Source of the DNA: a virus
DNA: 64,000 nucleotides
IMG/VR virus record: IMGVR_UViG_3300009155_000044
Span: 32,001-96,000 of that record
Reading direction: 5' to 3' (one strand)
Positions 7,034 through 16,487 of the stretch are shown one piece after another. Every line of letters starts with the position of its first letter. The first letter of the stretch is position 1. The notes beneath the pieces are model-generated. The model worked only from the letters and a program-made list of their open reading frames with translations. It was not told the DNA's origin and searched no databases. The position numbers and the translations under genes are program-made.

Positions 7034-7334
7034 CGCTAGCAAGTCGGCCCACCCTTCGGGGTGGGCTTTTTTGTTAGACTAGCGCTAGCAAGTACCCCCC
7101 CCATTTCTCAAAAAGATGTTAGAGCTATCCTAACAGAAGCGGCGGGGGGGACATTCTCCTCAATCTACGACTAGTCTCCAAACCAAAAGAACCAAACAGC
7201 GCTCTCCAGACCACCCCCCCCAATTAAAAAAAACCAAACCTAAAAAACACTAAAATCCCCGAACAAAAACAGAAAAAAAACCAAACGCCCAAAACTAGAA
7301 ATCAAAAAAAACAGAAAAAAGTGTAAAAAAAAAA

Positions 7335-8132
7335 GTGAGCACTCTTTACAGCAATCTTCCCTCTAGCATCATCTTTTCTGGAATTGAAACAAATTTCGCA
7401 TCGCTCTCTTCTAGCATCAGTTTCTCCTCTAAACTAGAAGAGAATAAGAATCTCTCTCTTGCCCCGAATCAAAATTTTAAAATTGGCGGCAGTTTAGAGT
7501 CTAAAATTAGTCTCAACTTTTTTGCCGCGCAAAACTCAAATTTCTCAGGAGCATCACTAGTTTTGTCCTCACTCACTGGAGATGTTTTTAGCAGCATCAA
7601 AATTGGAAGTGTAGTTTTTAGTGGTTGCTACTTGGAAAACTTGTCTGTTGAAATTGTTCCCTTCTCGCCAGTCATCATGACCGCAGATTTTATTTGTTTA
7701 AAAACTATAGATAGTAATGGATTATCCCCGTCCACTGCACTAGCTTCCTCTCCAGAGAGTGGCAGTGGAATTTGCTATGGTCATAACATCACATCTTTTA
7801 ATGACACTCTTTTAACAAACACAAAAGAGAGTTTATCGTACAAAGTTTCCTGCAATCGCACTCCAGTATACACTCTTGGAAATGTTGATGCCACATCTTG
7901 CTTCTTAGACTCTGTAGTGAAAGAAATATCCATCAAGTCAGACAACATTAAACAATTCATAAACTATCAGAGCTACGGCGATATTTTATCAGTAAATTTA
8001 AACACTGAACTGCCCCAAACTTTAGGCACCATTTCTTTTTCTAGCGCATCAAAAATAGTTTCACAAAATCTCTCAATAAGTTCCGAAGATGTGCTCGCTG
8101 GCCAAGTTACTTTGCGCGAAATAGTTTTGTAA
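7335..8132 (+). CDS. Tail-tube-fold-like structural protein (putative)
   Basis: Ser-rich; shares the RTPVYTLG motif with the tube and baseplate proteins in this window; GTG start after a GTGTAA box. Confidence 0.5.
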   Translation: MSTLYSNLPSSIIFSGIETNFASLSSSISFSSKLEENKNLSLAPNQNFKIGGSLESKISLNFFAAQNSNFSGASLVLSSLTGDVFSSIKIGSVVFSGCYLENLSVEIVPFSPVIMTADFICLKTIDSNGLSPSTALASSPESGSGICYGHNITSFNDTLLTNTKESLSYKVSCNRTPVYTLGNVDATSCFLDSVVKEISIKSDNIKQFINYQSYGDILSVNLNTELPQTLGTISFSSASKIVSQNLSISSEDVLAGQVTLREIVL

Positions 8133-8148
8133 GTGTAATTTATTTTAG

Positions 8149-8880
8149 ATGTCCAAGAAAAAAATTGAAAAACCAGTCGCTCAATTACAAATTCATTCTC
8201 AAATTGAGCATTCCATAAAATTAAAACAAAGAAAATTTAAATTCACAGACAAACAAAGAAAATTCTTAGAAATTGCTCTTGAACCTCAAAACTCTATCAT
8301 TTTTGTAGCTGGACCAGCAGGTTCTGCAAAAAGCTATTCTAGCATTTATGTTGCTTTGCAGCTTTTAATGTCGGATCGAGACAAGCAATTGCTCTACGTT
8401 CGCAGCATCATCGAGAGTGCTGACAAAGGACTAGGAAGTTTGCCAGGAGACATGGCTGAAAAATTTGATCCATTTCTCATGCCGCTATACGATAAACTAG
8501 ATGAGATGGTGGAAACTCCAGACATAGTTTGGTTAAAAACGCAAGAAAAAATTGCAGCTATTCCAGTAAACTTTTTGAGAGGAGCAAATTGGAGCAACAA
8601 AGTCATTGTTGTGGATGAAGCTCAAAACTTCACTTTCAAAGAACTAACAACAGTGATTACTCGCATTGCCGAAGGCTCTAAACTCATGATTTGCGGCGAC
8701 TACATGCAAAGTGACATTGGCTCACGCTCTGGTTTTCGTGAAATGTTTGAACTGTTCAATGATGAAGCTAGCCGCGAGCGAGGAGTGCAGTGTTTTGGCT
8801 TCGATAATTCCGACATTGTGAGAAGTGAAATTCTCAAGTTTTTAGTTTCTAAGTTAGAAACTCGATCAGCAAAAGTGTAA
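8149..8880 (+). CDS. phoH: PhoH family ATPase
   Basis: GPAGSAKS P-loop, FLRG, VDEAQN, ICGDxxQSDI, DIVRS. Confidence 0.93.
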   Translation: MSKKKIEKPVAQLQIHSQIEHSIKLKQRKFKFTDKQRKFLEIALEPQNSIIFVAGPAGSAKSYSSIYVALQLLMSDRDKQLLYVRSIIESADKGLGSLPGDMAEKFDPFLMPLYDKLDEMVETPDIVWLKTQEKIAAIPVNFLRGANWSNKVIVVDEAQNFTFKELTTVITRIAEGSKLMICGDYMQSDIGSRSGFREMFELFNDEASRERGVQCFGFDNSDIVRSEILKFLVSKLETRSAKV

Positions 8881-8887
8881 AAGGAAT

Positions 8888-8949
8888 TGGGGCCGCTGCA
8901 ACACTTAGCCGTGTAGGCTACTAGTATTCGAAAATGCAGCGAGTCCCCA
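8888..8949 (+). ncRNA. Candidate structured RNA or cis-element
   Basis: GC-rich island in AT-rich intergenic DNA with nested stems TGGGG/CCCCA, CGCTGCA/TGCAGCG and TAGCC/GGCTA. Confidence 0.5.
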
Positions 8950-8989
8950 TTTAAAATAATAGAATTATAATTTTATACACTTATAATAA

Positions 8990-9355
8990 GTGTATATGAA
9001 TAATATTTTTTGTTTTGAGTGCGGAAATAAACACTCTTACACTTACTCGAAACCAAAGTTTTGCTCAAATTGTGGGTCAGGGTTCAGCCTAGTTAAAACT
9101 GCTCTTAAAACAGCGTTAGCTCATGCTATTCAAGAAGATGAAGAAGATGAAGAAGATCTTGATTCTTCTGATTTTTCAGATGCTGTGCGCGTTCCCAAGC
9201 TTCGCAGCCTAGCAGTAGATGTAGAGTCAGACTACGAGGGTACTTCCAGTTTTAAACTAGGATCTTTATTTGGATCTAATTCTGACGACTCTCCTAGACG
9301 CAAAAAATCAACCCAAAATTTTGAAGATTTTATTGAAAAAAAGCGTGTCCAATAA
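8990..9355 (+). CDS. Double zinc-ribbon protein with acidic tract
   Basis: CFECG...CSNCG; EEDEEDEEDLD. Start may be ATG 8996. Confidence 0.75.
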   Translation: MYMNNIFCFECGNKHSYTYSKPKFCSNCGSGFSLVKTALKTALAHAIQEDEEDEEDLDSSDFSDAVRVPKLRSLAVDVESDYEGTSSFKLGSLFGSNSDDSPRRKKSTQNFEDFIEKKRVQ

Positions 9356-10028
9356 AACCTCATACACTGAACACTATGCAACAATTGATGCTGTAGTTCA
9401 AAAGTTTCAAAAAAAATGGCAACTCAAAGCTATTGCTTGGTTTGATTTTGAAGATGTATCTCAAATGGTCAAGCTGCACATTTATAAAAAGTGGCACATG
9501 TGGGACGAGTCGAAACCTCTTGAACCATGGATTGCTCGAATTACTAGCAATCAAATCAAAAACATTATTCGAAACAACTACACAAACTATGTGCGTCCAT
9601 GCATGAATTGCGAGTTTAACATGGGCGGCACACTATGTGCTAAAAATTCATCTGGAAATCAAGAAGAATCTTGCAGCGACTATGCTAAATGGTCAAAATT
9701 AAAAAAAATTGGCTACGGAATAAAAATGCCTCTATCCATTGAGAATCATACTGTAGAAGTTGATCAAAAACAAGACTCTTACATTCATTTTGATTCATCA
9801 CTAGAAGAGTTGAACAAAATGATGAAAAACTCTTTATCGGCAGAGTATTACACAGTTTATGTTATGCTTTTTTTAGACAAAAAATCAGAAGAAGATGTTG
9901 CAGAGTTTATGGGTTATAAAACAAATGAGAAAAACCGCAAAGCTGGCTATAAGCAAATCAAAAATTTAAAGAATATGCTGAAAAATAAAGCTAAAGAAAT
10001 CATTTATCAAAACGATATCATCAAATGA
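9345..10028 (+). CDS. Phage RNA polymerase sigma factor (ECF-like)
   Basis: Region-2-like DFEDVSQ...WDESKPLEPWIARITSNQIKN and a C-terminal helix-turn-helix-like segment (EEDVAEFMGY). Likely GTG start at 9345. Confidence 0.75.
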   Translation: MSNKTSYTEHYATIDAVVQKFQKKWQLKAIAWFDFEDVSQMVKLHIYKKWHMWDESKPLEPWIARITSNQIKNIIRNNYTNYVRPCMNCEFNMGGTLCAKNSSGNQEESCSDYAKWSKLKKIGYGIKMPLSIENHTVEVDQKQDSYIHFDSSLEELNKMMKNSLSAEYYTVYVMLFLDKKSEEDVAEFMGYKTNEKNRKAGYKQIKNLKNMLKNKAKEIIYQNDIIK

Positions 10029-11077
10029 CTCTACTCCCAGAACAAGAAGCTGCTATTCAAGAGATTGTTAAATCAACAACTGATTTAAATGAAATTGTAC
10101 GCCTTGTGTTTAACAACTCTAGCCTCGACGGCAGAAGCAGAGAGGGCCGATTAGTTAGATCTTATCTTATTAGCAGCAAAGTTAAATTCAAAACAACAAA
10201 AAGAGAGAAAGTAGATCCTTTAGACTTTTCTCCAGAGCAAAGAAAATTCATCATTGCAAATGCTAATGCTGGACTATCATCTTTAGCCATTGCTCGCTTG
10301 ATATTTCCACTACAAGATGTGGGAGCGCTCTCAATTGAGCAGAGATCAGTCTTAGATGTGATTAGAGAAGAGAATCCAGACTTTACCCCAAGCTCTGATG
10401 TGGACACTCCCTTGGGCAATTATATTGCGCCAAAATCACCAGGAAGAATTGTAAAAAAAATCAATGATGCAACTGGCAGTTCATTAGAAGATGAAAAACT
10501 CAATCGACAGCATAAAATCTGCATAGATCGTTTGGGAATTAATTTAAATAATTCTCGCTTTTTAACAATTGTTAATAATTACACTTCAAAAGAAGATAGA
10601 GTCTTATTTGAAGAAGAATTTGTTCGTTTAACATGGGACAAGCCAGATTTAACATCTGATGAGTTGAACTTGTACATGAATGTGTGCAAAGAAATTATTA
10701 GTTTAGAAATTGTTAGCAAACATTTAAACAAACTAAACGATGCTTTTGATGTTGCTAGCGATAATGATGAAATGACGGTTCGATTAGCAGAAATCATCAA
10801 AGCAAAAAGCTCAGAATATCATCAGTGTGAGAGTCGCATTGAAAACTTAACAAAAAAACTACAAGGAGATCGATCTGAGCGAATGAAGAGCCGCCATAAA
10901 GAGAATTCTTCTATATTATCACTAGTTCAATTTTTTCAAGATGAGGAAGAGAGAGTCAACATGGTTCGCATTGCGGAAATGCAGCGGCAACTAGTAAAAG
11001 ATGAGGCTGAAAAGATTGAAGGAATGGCTGACTGGAAAGCTAGAGTTTTAGGAATTTCAATTGAAGATGTGCTTTAA
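10025..11077 (+). CDS. Hypothetical coiled-coil protein, possible terminase small subunit
   Basis: Position upstream of terL and helical composition; inference only. Confidence 0.4.
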   Translation: MTLLPEQEAAIQEIVKSTTDLNEIVRLVFNNSSLDGRSREGRLVRSYLISSKVKFKTTKREKVDPLDFSPEQRKFIIANANAGLSSLAIARLIFPLQDVGALSIEQRSVLDVIREENPDFTPSSDVDTPLGNYIAPKSPGRIVKKINDATGSSLEDEKLNRQHKICIDRLGINLNNSRFLTIVNNYTSKEDRVLFEEEFVRLTWDKPDLTSDELNLYMNVCKEIISLEIVSKHLNKLNDAFDVASDNDEMTVRLAEIIKAKSSEYHQCESRIENLTKKLQGDRSERMKSRHKENSSILSLVQFFQDEEERVNMVRIAEMQRQLVKDEAEKIEGMADWKARVLGISIEDVL

Positions 11078-11987
11078 ATGCCAAGAATGCAATTCAGAGT
11101 TTGATGCTTTAAAAAGCTTGCACGCTCACGTTAAAAAGCACAACATGCTTTTGGGAGATTATTACGTCAAGCACTATAGGCGCAGAAACAAATTAACTGA
11201 CGAACTTATTCCTTTTAAAAATTATAGTGAATATTTTGAAAAAGATTTTTCTAATTACGAGCAATTATTAAAGTGGTGTGAAATTTCTCCCGAAAAAGAA
11301 GTGTCCGATTATATATTGCTTCTTTTAAAAAATAGAATAGATAAAAAACAATTAAAATATGGACCCAGTACTATTGAATTGTATTCTGCCAATCTCCCAC
11401 CTATTAGTTTATACAAAAAACATTTCGGAAGCTATTCTGCTGCATGTGAAAAATGCGGCGTTAAACCTATGTTCGCGAGTTCAATTGCACGTAGTTTTCA
11501 TAATGATTTCTCAAGCGTCAAAATTTTTATAGACACTAGAGAACAGAAACCACTAGAGTTTAAAAATTCTGAAAAGTTAAAATTAGACGCTGGAGACTAT
11601 GCTGTTTCTGGAAGCGACTATAAATATTGCTATGTTGACCGAAAATCTATTGAAGACTTGGCTGGAACCTTATCTTCTGGAAATGCTCGCTTTAGAAAAG
11701 AACTTGAGCGTTGCAGAAGTGCGGGATGCTTTTTATTTATTGTAATTGAAGAAGATTTATATAAATTAGAGAGCTTAACCATCTTTAAACGCAGGCAAAT
11801 AAATTTACAATTTATTTTACACGCTCTTAGAGATGTTCAGCAAGAGTATGGCGACTGCTGTCAGTTCATTTTTAGTGGCAGCAGAAAACGCAGTGAATTT
11901 TTAATTCCTAAACTGTTAGTTTTAGGGGATGTTATGAAAAATGTTGATGTGCAATATTATTTGAACATTGGACTATTAGATTATTAA
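11061..11987 (+). CDS. C2H2 zinc finger plus ERCC4/XPF-like nuclease
   Basis: CQEC...H...H at the N-terminus; IDTREQKP...GDY...VDRKSIEDL signature. Confidence 0.8.
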   Translation: MKMCFKCQECNSEFDALKSLHAHVKKHNMLLGDYYVKHYRRRNKLTDELIPFKNYSEYFEKDFSNYEQLLKWCEISPEKEVSDYILLLLKNRIDKKQLKYGPSTIELYSANLPPISLYKKHFGSYSAACEKCGVKPMFASSIARSFHNDFSSVKIFIDTREQKPLEFKNSEKLKLDAGDYAVSGSDYKYCYVDRKSIEDLAGTLSSGNARFRKELERCRSAGCFLFIVIEEDLYKLESLTIFKRRQINLQFILHALRDVQQEYGDCCQFIFSGSRKRSEFLIPKLLVLGDVMKNVDVQYYLNIGLLDY

Positions 11988-11993
11988 AATATT

Positions 11994-14900
11994 ATGAGTT
12001 GGGAAGCTGGACATCAAAAACTACACAATAAATTCAGAGGTATTAATGAAGAAATTCTCAATACCAAAGGATTTATTGATGAGAGAAAATCTAAAATTTT
12101 ATTATATAAATTTTTAAAAGAAAATCCCTCGTTCACTTCTGAATTCATGACAGGAGTCTCTTTGTTTCCTTTTCAACACATGGCTATTAAAGCGATGATG
12201 GACTCTGATTACTTTTTGGGAATATGGTGTTTAGATGAAAATGAATACGTTTTAACAGAAAGTGGTTTCAAGAAAATTAAAGATGTGAGTGTTGGAGAAC
12301 GAGTAAGATCTAGAAATAAATTAAATCTAGTTACTGATAAAAAATTCAACTCTCCCAATGAAAAAGGATTATATATCAAAACATTTTCAGGAGATTCTTT
12401 CAAGGCAAAACTTGGCCATAAAACTTTAATTTACAATAGCTCAACTTTAGATTTAGAATTTAAAGAGATTGAAACTTTAACAACTGAAGATTTCTTGCCA
12501 ATTAAACTTGGCATGAACTGTTGGGGAGATGTTCAATTGGTAGAGAACTCTCCAAAGATGAACATCGAAGATTGTGATTATTGGTATTTTTTATTAGGAT
12601 ACATGATTGGAGATGGATATTTTGACGACTACACTATGCACTGGTGTTCTGAAGATTCCAAGGTTATTGATATGACAATGGCTAAAGCTAAAGAGTATTT
12701 TCCTAAAAATAAAATTATTTGCCGCTCAAGAGCTAATAATGGATTTTTAGAAATGGGAATTTCTAGCAAAGATTTAATTGACTGGTTAAAATCTATTGGA
12801 TTTGATAGATCTTTAAAAGCAAAAAATAAAATCATACCAGACTCTATCCTCCAAATTAATGAGCAAAAAATGGCAGCTTTAATTAGCGGAATTTTTAGTG
12901 CAGATGGATATTGCAGCGTTCTAAAAGATAAAAGACACTCTAATTCAAAAACAGTTAAATTAGGATTAAAGAATACATCTATTGAATTGCTGAGACAGGT
13001 GAAAATGCTGCTTAATAATTTTGGAGTAGAATCTTCTATTAGATATAGTGGATCTCATAAAGATGTTCCATACTATGATTTAAAAATACTTAAAAGTGGA
13101 CATCAAAAATTTAGCGATAGAATTGGATTCGTTTCAGATCATAAACAAAATAATTTATTAGAGGTTTTAAATCTTCCAAGTAGAAAATATCAAATAAATT
13201 TAGTGCCAAATTTAGGAACTTATCTAAAGAAAAAATATAAAACGTGGCAAAAGTTATTTGGAGTAGCGGGAAACTTTGGTAAAGACATGCGTTTGGATTC
13301 TGCCTTATCAGCAAAGTTTTTAGATGAAAAAGATAAGGAGAGTCTTTTGCTTTTACAAAATGAAAATGTTTATTTTTCAAAAATTGAAACTATAACCTCC
13401 ATCGAAACTTCCACAGTAGACATTACAGTTGATTCTGAAGAGAATTACGTGGGTAATGGTATTGTGCATCATAATTCCCGTGGGATGTCCAAGTGCAGTC
13501 ATTACGATTCATTAGTGTGGACAGATAGAGGACTTATTAAAATTGGAGATATTAAAATTGGAGATAAAGTTCAAAGCCTTATAGGATTCAATGAAGTTGA
13601 AAATAAAGTTATAAATAATAAGCAGCAATCTTATAAGATTACTACTCAATCAGGATTAGTTTCTAATGGTTTGGATTATCATAAATTATTAGTCTTTAAT
13701 AAAGATTTAGAATTCGAATGGAAATTTTCTAAAGATATCATTATTGATGATATTTTGGTTATTAAAAAATTCAAAACTCTAGAACTTTTGCAAAAAGATA
13801 TTTTTGCAGATTTTAAATTTGAAAATAACGTAGTTAATTTTAATAAACCAAAAGTTGTTAAATTTGATAATGCACCTTTAAAGGATTGGTACTATTTCTT
13901 TGGTTTGCTTATTGGAGATGGGTGTATTTTAAATAGGGGAATATCTATCACTTCTGAAGATTTTGAAATTAAAGATTTTTTAGAAGCTTTTTCTTTAAAA
14001 CTGGGCCTTAATTTAACCGTTGTAAATAAACCAGGAAAAACCAAAGATTTTAGAATTTATTCAAAGGAATTAATTTCATTTTTATATCATTTAGGATTTG
14101 ATCAAAAAAAAGCTTGCGAAAAAAATATCCCAAGTATTTTAACACAAGCTTCATCAGAAAATATTCAATTTTTAATGAGAGGATTATTTGATACAGATGG
14201 ATATTGCGCCACTCAAAGAAAAGAAAAAAAAGGAACTCGTGTAAGGGTCGGATTTACTTCAACTAGCGAAGTACTAATCCATCAAATACTTAATCTATGT
14301 TTACAAGAAGGTTTTCTTTTTAAGAAAAAATTAACATTTAAAGGTGGTGCATCTAATTTTCCTAATGGAAAAATTTACAACTGCAATAAAGCTTGGAGTT
14401 TAATTTTAAGCGATGGCAAATCTGTAAAAGAATTTGGTGAAAAAATTGGTTTTAATATCAAAAGAAAACAATCTAAAATTCTTGATTTACAAGAACAAAC
14501 TTCACAAGATGGTAGTTTTTGTGAATTCATACCATATGTCGGAGATTTTTTAAAGAAAAAACTCAATAAGAAATCTATTTGTTTCATTAAAGACGAAAAA
14601 AAAATAAAATTAAATTTTAGAGAAAAAACTAGCAGAGTTCTTTTGAATAAAATTTTAAATTTTGAAAACTTACCAGATGATATTCGGGAAAAACTTAATT
14701 TTTTAAATAAAAATGATGTATATTTTGAAAAAGTTAAATCAGTAGAAATGGACGAATGCGTCACTGTTGATATTCAGGTTGCTAATGAACATTGTTATAT
14801 AGCAGATGGGATAGTTAATCACAACTCCTTTTCTACAGCAGTGTTTGCCATCTTAGATGCGACGTTAAATCAAGGAGTTCACATTGGAATTATTAGTAAA

Positions 14901-16433
14901 TCATTTCGTCAGTCAAAAATGATTTTTAGAAAAATTGAAGAAATTTCTAGAAGTCCAAAAGCTGGATTTTTAGCTCAGTGCATCACTAGAATTTCCAAAA
15001 CAAATGATGAGTGGATCATTGAAATTGGTAGAAGTCGAATCACTGCTCTTCCATTAGGAGATGGTGAAAAATTAAGAGGTTTTCGCTTTCAAAGAATGAT
15101 TATTGACGAACTTCTTTTGATGCCAGAAAAGATTTTAAATGAAGTTATTCTTCCATTCTTATCTGTGGTGGAAAATCCTACAGAAAGACAGCAGCTTCAC
15201 GATTTAGAGAGTAAATTAATAGCCAAGGGAGAAATGATAGAAGAGGATCGCTATCGCTGGCCAAGTAATAAGATTATTGGTTTATCATCAGCAAGTTACA
15301 AGTTTGAATACTTGTACAAATTGTATCAAGAGTATGAACGACTCATTATGCATCCAGATAAGCAAGATGGCGCTCACAGAGTCATCATGCACTTTAGCTA
15401 CGACTGCGCTCCACAGCAATTATACGATCAGAACTTGCTCAGCCAAGCAAAAGCTACAATGAGTCAATCTCAATTTGAAAGAGAATTTGGAAGCGTATTT
15501 ACAGATGATAGCTCAGGCTATTTTAAAGTTAGCAAAATGGCTCTCTGCACAGTAGTTGATGGAGAGGGACAAAGTGTGGAAATCGTGGGAGAATCAAAGG
15601 CTGAATATATTGCTAGTTTTGACCCTTCATGGTCAGAGAGTGATGGATCAGATGATTTTGCTATTCAATTAATCAAATTAAATCCATCCAAGAAAGGAGG
15701 AACTGTGGTTCACTCTTATGCTATGCCAGGAACTAATTTGAAAAAGCACATCGAGTATTTTCACTATTTATTAAGTAATTTTAATATTATAGCTGTTGTG
15801 GGAGACTACAATGGAGGCGTTCAATTTTTAAGCGCATGTAATGAGAGCGAACTTTTTAAAAGAGATGGTTTAAAACTTGAAACTTTTGATTTTGATTTTG
15901 ACAACATAGCAGATTATGACAAATCTTTACGCGAGGCTAGAAGTCAATACAATTTAACAACTAAAAGAATAGTTCATTTGAGAAAGCCTAGTTCTTTTTG
16001 GATTAGATATGCTAATGAATTGCTTCAAGGATCTTTTGATCATCGAAGAATCTGGTTTGCGGGCATGGCAATTGATGATGATTACTCTAAGCAAAAAACT
16101 GCCAAGATTAGCATTGATGATATCAAGTATAGTAAAATAGAAGAGGATCTTTCTTCTGGGGCAAAGTTGATTGATTTTATTGAGCATCAGAAAGACATGA
16201 TTGAATTAATTAAAGTTCAATGCGCTCTTGTGCAAGTAACAACATCCACTCAAGGAACTCAAAGTTTTGATTTGCCCTCAAATCTCAAAAAACAAAAGGG
16301 TGCAAACAGAGCTAGAAAAGATTCTTACTCAGCTTTAGTGTTGGGAAACTGGATGATGCACATGTATTATGACATGATGGCAGTGGAAGCAACTGCTGCT
16401 CCGATTGGATTCACTCCAATGTTTATTTGTTGA
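11994..16433 (+). CDS. terL: Terminase large subunit with two inteins (about 619 aa after splicing)
   Basis: Spliced P-loop W-SRGMSK-SFS, Walker B MIIDE, GLSSA coupling motif, RNase H-like FDP...DDFA and terminal KDSYSAL. Confidence 0.92.
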   Translation: MSWEAGHQKLHNKFRGINEEILNTKGFIDERKSKILLYKFLKENPSFTSEFMTGVSLFPFQHMAIKAMMDSDYFLGIWCLDENEYVLTESGFKKIKDVSVGERVRSRNKLNLVTDKKFNSPNEKGLYIKTFSGDSFKAKLGHKTLIYNSSTLDLEFKEIETLTTEDFLPIKLGMNCWGDVQLVENSPKMNIEDCDYWYFLLGYMIGDGYFDDYTMHWCSEDSKVIDMTMAKAKEYFPKNKIICRSRANNGFLEMGISSKDLIDWLKSIGFDRSLKAKNKIIPDSILQINEQKMAALISGIFSADGYCSVLKDKRHSNSKTVKLGLKNTSIELLRQVKMLLNNFGVESSIRYSGSHKDVPYYDLKILKSGHQKFSDRIGFVSDHKQNNLLEVLNLPSRKYQINLVPNLGTYLKKKYKTWQKLFGVAGNFGKDMRLDSALSAKFLDEKDKESLLLLQNENVYFSKIETITSIETSTVDITVDSEENYVGNGIVHHNSRGMSKCSHYDSLVWTDRGLIKIGDIKIGDKVQSLIGFNEVENKVINNKQQSYKITTQSGLVSNGLDYHKLLVFNKDLEFEWKFSKDIIIDDILVIKKFKTLELLQKDIFADFKFENNVVNFNKPKVVKFDNAPLKDWYYFFGLLIGDGCILNRGISITSEDFEIKDFLEAFSLKLGLNLTVVNKPGKTKDFRIYSKELISFLYHLGFDQKKACEKNIPSILTQASSENIQFLMRGLFDTDGYCATQRKEKKGTRVRVGFTSTSEVLIHQILNLCLQEGFLFKKKLTFKGGASNFPNGKIYNCNKAWSLILSDGKSVKEFGEKIGFNIKRKQSKILDLQEQTSQDGSFCEFIPYVGDFLKKKLNKKSICFIKDEKKIKLNFREKTSRVLLNKILNFENLPDDIREKLNFLNKNDVYFEKVKSVEMDECVTVDIQVANEHCYIADGIVNHNSFSTAVFAILDATLNQGVHIGIISKSFRQSKMIFRKIEEISRSPKAGFLAQCITRISKTNDEWIIEIGRSRITALPLGDGEKLRGFRFQRMIIDELLLMPEKILNEVILPFLSVVENPTERQQLHDLESKLIAKGEMIEEDRYRWPSNKIIGLSSASYKFEYLYKLYQEYERLIMHPDKQDGAHRVIMHFSYDCAPQQLYDQNLLSQAKATMSQSQFEREFGSVFTDDSSGYFKVSKMALCTVVDGEGQSVEIVGESKAEYIASFDPSWSESDGSDDFAIQLIKLNPSKKGGTVVHSYAMPGTNLKKHIEYFHYLLSNFNIIAVVGDYNGGVQFLSACNESELFKRDGLKLETFDFDFDNIADYDKSLREARSQYNLTTKRIVHLRKPSSFWIRYANELLQGSFDHRRIWFAGMAIDDDYSKQKTAKISIDDIKYSKIEEDLSSGAKLIDFIEHQKDMIELIKVQCALVQVTTSTQGTQSFDLPSNLKKQKGANRARKDSYSALVLGNWMMHMYYDMMAVEATAAPIGFTPMFIC
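12228..13475 (+). mobile_element. Intein 1 in TerL with LAGLIDADG homing endonuclease (416 aa)
   Basis: Starts CLDENEYV, ends GIVHHN before Ser; motifs LLGYMIGDG and ISGIFSADG. Confidence 0.93.
13494..14825 (+). mobile_element. Intein 2 in TerL with LAGLIDADG homing endonuclease (444 aa)
   Basis: Starts CSHYDSLV, ends GIVNHN before Ser; motifs FFGLLIGDG and MRGLFDTDG. Confidence 0.93.
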
Positions 16434-16487
16434 CTTTAAACTTTTAAAGTTGACTTTTACTATTTCAGTGTAAATCAAAATGAAATC

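Larger units (their letters stand above)
361..7072. terminator. Family of near-identical intrinsic terminators closing the early cassettes
   Basis: CCCACCC-tetraloop-GGGTGGG-type hairpins, most with an adjacent A/T tract, at about 361, 2019, 3760, 4309, 4997, 5510, 5921, 5963 and 6252 (minus-strand units) and 7047 (plus strand). Related hairpins at 961 and 6793. Confidence 0.85.
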
